A stretch of DNA of 63,957 bases, filler included, from an uncultured bacterium (GTDB lineage Bacteria; Hinthialibacterota; Hinthialibacteria; Hinthialibacterales; Hinthialibacteraceae), in NCBI GenBank assembly GCA_964449065.1. It is 5 parts of 5 records of this genome, joined end to end, with 100 filler letters (N's around TTAATTAATTAA, not from the genome) between each part and the next. Parts side by side here need not be neighbours in the genome. Positions count along the whole stretch, not along the records: positions 55,692 to 63,957 come from CAYVAZ010000223.1; 4 more parts are not named here. One strand, written 5' to 3'. Positions 58,713-63,957 of this stretch are shown piece by piece. Within the stretch, counting starts at the first letter, position 1. The number at the start of each line of letters is the position of its first letter. Below the pieces are notes generated by a model. That model was given only the letters and a program-made list of their open reading frames with translations, was not told where the DNA came from and made no database searches. Position numbers and translations under genes: made by a program.

Positions 58713-60077
58713 TTACGGGACGGAAATTTCCTGCAAACACGCTTCCAAAATAGACAATGCCTGGTCCATCTCACCAATGCTGATCGTTAGCGGTGGTGTT
58801 AACGTAAGAATGTTACCCATTGTCAATTTAAAACTAAGCCCTCGTTTTAGTGAAAGGTACATCATTCTTTCGGCTTCGTCTATCGCTTTTTTTTTAGTAT
58901 CGGGATGCCGCAGTTCCATCCCCATTTGCAGCCCCAAGCCGCGGATATCATGAATGAGTGGAAACCGGGATTTCATATCGTTCATCCGCTGCATGGCATA
59001 GCGGCTTAGCTCATTGGTGTGTTGCAGCAGGTGTTCCTCTTCAATAACTTCCAATGCCGCCAGCGCGGCGGAACAGCCGACCGGGTTTTTTTCGTGGGTA
59101 TAGTGTCCCAACGCGCCATGCGCGTAAACGTTCAGCTCTTCCGCGGCCAAAAGAGCCGCAAACGGAAAAACCGCCCCGCCCAATCCTTTGCCAATGACAA
59201 GCATATCGGGCACGATCTCGTAATGCTCAACGGCAAACATCGTTCCGGTACGCCCCAGGCAGATGGGGATTTCATCCAGGATTAACAAAGCGCCGTGACG
59301 GTTGCAGGCTTGGCGGACGATTGACCAGTATTCTTTGGGCGGGATGAAGGGCGTGCAGCGTATGGTTTCGGCCACAACCGCGGCGGCATCGCCTTCTTTT
59401 TCCAGCACATAGTCGATGTATTCGGCGCATTTGAGATTGCAATGTCCGTCACAGCCGAAGGGGCAGTTTTGCGCGTCGGGCGGCGGCACATGCTCGCTCC
59501 CGGGCAAAAGCGGCCCGATGCCTTTGCGGAACACGGCTTCGCCGCCAAGAGAAATCGCGTCCAGCGATGCGCCGTGAAAGGCATCCCACATCGAGATGGT
59601 TTTAAAGCGGCCGGTGGCGATGCGGGCGAGCTTGATCGCCATGCCCATTGCGGAGGTGCCTCCGGGAGCGAAGAGAACGCGGTTCAGATTGCCGGGTGCC
59701 AATGAGACCAATTTTTTGGCCAGATCGATGGCTTTTTGGTTGGTATAGCGGCGGGTGCAAAACGAAAGAGTATCCAACTGCTCTTTTATGGCGGCGATGA
59801 CTTTGGGATGACCAAAGCCGACTTGATGGACGGAATTGCCGTGAAAGTCAAGAATCTTTCGCCCCTCAACATCGATTAAGTATGAACCCTCGCAGCCTTC
59901 TATGGCATTCAAACAGGGCGTGGAGAGCGATTGATGCAGGAACACCCGTTCATCCTCCGCCAGAATCGCGCGGGTTTTCCCGCCGATATGTTCCGCCGAC
60001 CATTGCCGGCGTATGGGAGAGAGATTAATATCGCCTTCGGATTTGAGTGCATTCAAGTCGTGCGGAGTGCCGCTCAT
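58713..60077 (-). CDS. pbfA: Class III PLP aminotransferase-like, probable (R)-1-hydroxy-2-aminoethylphosphonate ammonia-lyase
   Basis: SEGDIN, FLHQSLSTPCL, DFHGNSVH, GHYTHEKNP, LSFKLTMGN motifs recalled for PbfA; PLP Lys in IGKGLGG. Confidence 0.75.
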   Translation of the reverse strand: MSGTPHDLNALKSEGDINLSPIRRQWSAEHIGGKTRAILAEDERVFLHQSLSTPCLNAIEGCEGSYLIDVEGRKILDFHGNSVHQVGFGHPKVIAAIKEQLDTLSFCTRRYTNQKAIDLAKKLVSLAPGNLNRVLFAPGGTSAMGMAIKLARIATGRFKTISMWDAFHGASLDAISLGGEAVFRKGIGPLLPGSEHVPPPDAQNCPFGCDGHCNLKCAEYIDYVLEKEGDAAAVVAETIRCTPFIPPKEYWSIVRQACNRHGALLILDEIPICLGRTGTMFAVEHYEIVPDMLVIGKGLGGAVFPFAALLAAEELNVYAHGALGHYTHEKNPVGCSAALAALEVIEEEHLLQHTNELSRYAMQRMNDMKSRFPLIHDIRGLGLQMGMELRHPDTKKKAIDEAERMMYLSLKRGLSFKLTMGNILTLTPPLTISIGEMDQALSILEACLQEISVP

Positions 60078-60203
60078 GCTTTCTGTGCCCTTTCTGGATT
60101 GCCGGCGCTGAAGTTATGTTTGATTGAAACAAAAGATTTACCGTTGGCTTTCTCTGCCACCCACATCTGATGGGCTGAGGCTTACCCTCAAAACGCAGTC
60201 TAG

Positions 60204-60302
60204 TAGTCTGTCAATCAAAAAATGATGGCTGGTTATCCGTTGTTGCCCCCTTGATAAGGAGGGTAGGAGATCGACACCCGTCATTTAATCGTTGACACTT
60301 TA
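60204..60302. mobile_element. 99-bp MITE with CTAG target duplication
   Basis: CTAG-TAGTCTGTCAATCAAAAAATGATGG ... CCGTCATTTAATCGTTGACACTTTA-CTAG. Confidence 0.85.
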
Positions 60303-60504
60303 CTAGAACGTATACGATTATAGAAATGAATCGGGTTGCGGGAAAGACAATGAACAATACCATAAAAACGAGCCGCTCGCGTCCGGTCTCGAGCGTGTTT
60401 TCAAACATCCCGGCGCCGCTGTTGGCCTGATATTTCAAAGTAGAAAGGACAGAAAAGGCAGGTATCGCGCGACAGAATATCCGTGCAATGCGCGCGATGT
60501 TTTA

Positions 60505-60714
60505 TACCAAACTGCATATAAAAAGTAAGAGAACTTTCACGCAACCATACAGGATCATGAAACTGTAAGATGAAACTGTAAGATGAAACTGTAGGGTGGG
60601 CTCAAAGCGAAGCGTAGCCCACCACTCGCGCAAGCGAGACATGGAAGGGCAAGGCTCCCGCCGAGCCAGGTTTTCTTAGGAGGGCGAACCTCCTGGTGAG
60701 CCGGAAGAACGGTA
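60505..60714. mobile_element. TACC-type MITE carrying GTAG and GGAG REPs and a 13-bp triple repeat
   Basis: TTA-TACCAAACTGCA start; reverse homolog of 1-108; right end tentative (ACGGTA). Confidence 0.65.
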
Positions 60715-60745
60715 TTGAAGAGATCGAAAGCGATTAGATCGATTT

Positions 60746-60778
60746 GTAGGGTGGGCTCAAAGCGAAGCGTAGCCCACC
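60746..60778. repeat. GTAG-type REP
   Basis: GTAGGGTGGGCTCAAAGCGAAGCGTAGCCCACC, identical to 60591-60623 and (reverse) 15-47 and 12111-12143. Confidence 0.9.
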
Positions 60779-60915
60779 ACTCGCGCTCATCCTTTCTTGT
60801 GCTGAGACCCATCGCCGCGCGCACTCTACAATCTATAATAGAAACACATTGATTCGCTTCGCCGTGCTTACGCGGCAATTCAAGTGTATGAGATATCATT
60901 TATAAAGGCATAAAA

Positions 60916-61986
60916 ATGGGCTTGATATTAATCGCATTCATCGCGTGTTTCATAGCATCTCCAACCATCACTGCCGCTTCGTCTCATCCCTATTGCTGTC
61001 TCACACTTGATCCCGCAACTCACACCGGCGCGCCGCAACTGTGTCCGGTTCATATACAACAGGCAAACCGTACATCCACGTTTGTTGTTGAATATGAAGG
61101 ATTCAACGAAGAAGCAATCACGGCATTCGAGTACGCGGTATCCATTCTGGATAAGGTCATCGTGTCGGATGTTCCCATCAAAGTAAGCGCCAAATTGTTT
61201 GAGCCGGACATACAAAACATCCTGGGAGGCGGGACATCCGATTTCGTGAAAGACTTTCCCGGAGGGATTCCGAATGTTTGGTATCCAACACCTTTAGCCG
61301 ATGCTATCACGGGTACGGATACCAATCCTGACTCTTTCGATATCGAAGTGCTGATGAACCGCAACGTGAATTGGTATTTTGGTTTGGATGGGGATGTAGG
61401 CAATATACAACTCGATTTTGTTTCGGTTGTGCTGCACGAGTTGGGGCACGGTGTTGGCTTTATTTCCGGCATGGAAATGTTGGAAGCAGGGGAGACACCA
61501 TATCCTGAGGCGGTGGGCAAAGTATCATACGGGTTGCGCACCGAACCGTTCCCCTACTTCTCATTGCAAGAATTGGAGATGAAAGGCTTGCCGATCATTT
61601 ATGACTTGTTTTTGATTAACCAAGCGAGCCAAAAACTCACGAACCGGCGGCTATTTCCCAATCCTTCCGCCATATTAACCACTCAAGCCACCAGCCGGAA
61701 TGTGTTTTTGGATGGGCCGTTCAGTATATTGTTTAATGATACTATGCATCCCAAAGTGTATGCCCCGGCGGAATTCATCAACGGATCCAGCATTTCTCAC
61801 TTGGATGAAACGCTCTTCGGACGCGGCAGCGAAAACGCGCTGATGACCCCTTCGCTTTCCCGCCGCGAAGTACAGCATAACCCCGGCCCGATCTTTACCG
61901 GATTTCTAAAAGACATCGGCTGGCAAATCAATCCGCAAGTCTTGCCGGAACAATCTGCCGTTATGATGTGGGAAATCTATCACTGA
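60916..61986 (+). CDS. Secreted zinc metallopeptidase-like protein
   Basis: Signal peptide; VVLHELGHGVGF zincin motif; GSSISHLDE; NALMTP Met-turn-like. Confidence 0.82.
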   Translation: MGLILIAFIACFIASPTITAASSHPYCCLTLDPATHTGAPQLCPVHIQQANRTSTFVVEYEGFNEEAITAFEYAVSILDKVIVSDVPIKVSAKLFEPDIQNILGGGTSDFVKDFPGGIPNVWYPTPLADAITGTDTNPDSFDIEVLMNRNVNWYFGLDGDVGNIQLDFVSVVLHELGHGVGFISGMEMLEAGETPYPEAVGKVSYGLRTEPFPYFSLQELEMKGLPIIYDLFLINQASQKLTNRRLFPNPSAILTTQATSRNVFLDGPFSILFNDTMHPKVYAPAEFINGSSISHLDETLFGRGSENALMTPSLSRREVQHNPGPIFTGFLKDIGWQINPQVLPEQSAVMMWEIYH

Positions 61987-61999
61987 TTATAAAAACATC

Positions 62000-62365
62000 T
62001 TATAAAAACATCCGGTAATCCGCTTTCAATACTTCGGCAAATACTTTCGCCGACTTTTTGCCAATCGGTCTTTTATTGTTTTCCATTTCAGAGATATGAC
62101 GTTGGGGTATGCCTGTTTTTATCGCCAATTGCTCTTGGGTAATATCCTCGCGGTAGCGGTATCCACGAAGCGCTTTGCCTGGCGTCATTGGGGTTTTAAT
62201 GACCTCTTCAGCAGGGACCGAATCAGACGCGTTTCGAAAACCGATGGATTGCATATATCGTATGGCCTTGGATTGACTTGTGCTCGGGCCGATGAATCGT
62301 AATTCAATATGGTTTGTATTTTCTGATGTGTTTTTAGTATGGAGCTTTTTCATGTGTTCCCGCAT
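62000..62365 (-). CDS. Xre/HTH antitoxin (HigA-like organisation)
   Basis: PGKALRGYRYREDITQEQLA..TGI.QRHISEMENNKR; ATG overlaps the toxin 3' end. Confidence 0.9.
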   Translation of the reverse strand: MREHMKKLHTKNTSENTNHIELRFIGPSTSQSKAIRYMQSIGFRNASDSVPAEEVIKTPMTPGKALRGYRYREDITQEQLAIKTGIPQRHISEMENNKRPIGKKSAKVFAEVLKADYRMFL

Positions 62366-62612
62366 AGACCACCTCAACAAAGCGAATCGTGTGTTCATCA
62401 ACTTTCCAAACAGCTACATAAGTGGGGTTTCCGCGTTTCAAGTGACAATGATATAAACCGGGTTTCAATTTGCCGAAATGTTCCCAATTTCCCCGTATAG
62501 GTCCAAAACGAGTAATTTCTTCTACCAAAACATCCAGGGTTACCTGTACACGTTTAGGAAGTTTTTTATATTGCTTTTTTGCTGTATTGGAAAATTCAAC
62601 TGTCCAATTCAT
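62334..62612 (-). CDS. RelE-like toxin (intact)
   Basis: WTVEFS..AKKQYKKLP...YHCHLK.G.PTYVAVW...EVVYAGTHEKAPY. Confidence 0.88.
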   Translation of the reverse strand: MNWTVEFSNTAKKQYKKLPKRVQVTLDVLVEEITRFGPIRGNWEHFGKLKPGLYHCHLKRGNPTYVAVWKVDEHTIRFVEVVYAGTHEKAPY

Positions 62613-62618
62613 GATGAA

Positions 62619-62646
62619 AGTATATACTAAAATATAGTATAATCAA
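62619..62646 (-). promoter_or_regulatory. Sigma70-like promoter with overlapping operator; likely leaderless toxin mRNA
   Basis: TTGATT-16bp-TATACT ends 6 nt before ATG 62612; palindrome TATACTA-N5-TAGTATA at 62623-62641. Confidence 0.65.
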
Positions 62647-62763
62647 TTTTCCCATTTTGAAAACACTTTAATATTAACTCTTGCATAATGTAAAAAATAA
62701 AATAATCTTTAGGACATTATTGAATTGGAAATTGGGGCGGAACAACTTTACAAAAGGATGTGT

Positions 62764-63357
62764 ATGATGAAACATTCCGCGTTCACCCTGATTGAACTTC
62801 TCATTGTTGTAGCCATTATCGGGATTCTTGCTGCCATTGCCGTCCCCAATTTTTTGAACGCCCAAATCCGCGCCAAAATCTCACGGGTACAGGCCGACCA
62901 GCAAGCCTATGCCACCGCCATGGAAATGTACAACCTCGATCACGGCAACAAATACCCCGTGGGCGGAGAAATCTGGAACCTGACATCACCGGTCTCTTAC
63001 ATTGCCTCTTTAAATCCAGACCCATTTGCTCCCGCCGAACCGGGGCGTTTTAGTTTTGTTCATCAATTCGATCCGTTCTACTTTATTACCACTCAGCCCA
63101 ACCCGCAGCCCGTCAATTGGAACCTGGTTGCCGATTTCAACATCTGGACCGGATACCCCAACCAATGGACCGGCGGCAGCAATGATGAAACCTTCGCGGG
63201 GAAAGTGCGCTATCAAATCCGCAGCATCGGCCCGAACAGATCCAACGAATTCGGAATGCGGTATGATTCCACCAACGGCTTGGTCAGTAATGGCGATGTG
63301 AACCGTTTCGGTCCCGGGAACATAGACCGTACCTACGGCGGACAACCCGGCGCGTAA
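62764..63357 (+). CDS. Prepilin-type N-terminal cleavage/methylation protein (GspG-like)
   Basis: MMKHSA-FTLIELLIVVAIIGILAAIAVPNF class III signal; RSIGPN and YDSTNGLVSNGD tail. Confidence 0.9.
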   Translation: MMKHSAFTLIELLIVVAIIGILAAIAVPNFLNAQIRAKISRVQADQQAYATAMEMYNLDHGNKYPVGGEIWNLTSPVSYIASLNPDPFAPAEPGRFSFVHQFDPFYFITTQPNPQPVNWNLVADFNIWTGYPNQWTGGSNDETFAGKVRYQIRSIGPNRSNEFGMRYDSTNGLVSNGDVNRFGPGNIDRTYGGQPGA

Positions 63358-63442
63358 TGGGCTACACTGAAGAAGGGCTATACTCAAGAATCGGCAAACA
63401 GCCTTGTCCGTGCGAGCCGGCCATTGTGTTCGCGTTGTTCTG

Positions 63443-63784
63443 TTATTCAGTCGAAAGGAAAATGCGGTAATCAACTTCCAATGTTTTCGCGAATGTTTTG
63501 GCTTGGTATATATCCATTCGTGCTCGATTGTTCTCAAACGCGGAGATTTGTTTTACGGTGAAACCGGTTTTCTCAGCCAGCTGCTGTTGGGTTAAATCTT
63601 CTTTATACCGCGCTCCTTGCAATGCCGTGCCAGGGCTGGACTTGGGATAGACTTCTTCCCATTCGAAATATTGCCGGCATAAAGGCTTGATGGCTGCTTC
63701 CGCTTTTGCCACACTCTCGGCGCTTCCGCGCAGGATCATTTCGTATTGATTGTTAGTAAGGCGCTTTTTCGTGAGTTCCAACAT
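63443..63784 (-). CDS. Xre/HTH antitoxin, paralog of 62000-62365
   Basis: PGTALQGARYKEDLTQQQLA.KTG....IS.FENNR; DYRIFL tail. Confidence 0.9.
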   Translation of the reverse strand: MLELTKKRLTNNQYEMILRGSAESVAKAEAAIKPLCRQYFEWEEVYPKSSPGTALQGARYKEDLTQQQLAEKTGFTVKQISAFENNRARMDIYQAKTFAKTLEVDYRIFLSTE

Positions 63785-63884
63785 AGGTGACCTCGATGAT
63801 TCGTTCATTGTTGTCAATCATTTTCCAAACAGCAACATAACGTGGAGAACCTTTTGACAAATGGCAATGATGTAAAAAAATATT
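63753..63884 (-). pseudogene. C-terminal remnant of a RelE-like toxin, paralog of 62334-62612
   Basis: Manual translation HHCHLSKGSPRYVAVWKMIDNNERIIEVTYVGTHEKAPY*; in-frame stop and a CTAG MITE directly upstream. Confidence 0.8.
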
Positions 63885-63894
63885 TTATTTCTAG

Positions 63895-63957
63895 TACCCT
63901 GACAATCAAAAAATGACGGCTGGCAATCCGTTGTTTCCCCCCTTGTTAAGGGGGGCT
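63895..63957. mobile_element. CTAG-type MITE left end (cut by window end)
   Basis: CTAG-TACCCTGACAATCAAAAAATGACGGCTGG, homologous to the element starting at 60204. Confidence 0.75.

Noticed and set aside
60350..60503. 26-aa ORF followed by a terminator-like hairpin as an attenuator
   Set aside because: No codon enrichment, no clear antiterminator and no plausible regulated gene.

Overview
This is a bacterial draft/MAG scaffold of five unrelated contigs joined by artificial 100-nt linkers (44N-TTAATTAATTAA-44N at 13858-13957, 27774-27873, 41689-41788, 55592-55691), so synteny across linkers is meaningless. Protein style suggests a Hinthialibacterota (OLB16)/Sumerlaeota-like organism, but this is inference only. 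Core genes include dnaA with a likely oriC, partial ftsY and proC, guaB, a cysH-family reductase, uppP, ndh, malQ, an NCS2 permease, a YgfZ/GcvT protein and a pbfA-like aminotransferase. There are two RND efflux operons: a MarR-led TolC/MFP/AcrB-type system followed by two SGNH hydrolase paralogs, and a CzcCBA-type system whose adaptor carries five 36-aa W-C-x2-H-x6-C-x2-C-H-P repeats. Eight type II toxin-antitoxin loci are present; in five the toxin is broken or absent while the antitoxin mostly survives. An Rpn nuclease gene has an internal start and a duplicated C-terminal cassette. Intergenic DNA is a nested mosaic of at least four MITE families carrying several REP-like palindrome families, plus three candidate structured RNAs. 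No CRISPR array, rRNA or tRNA was recognised.
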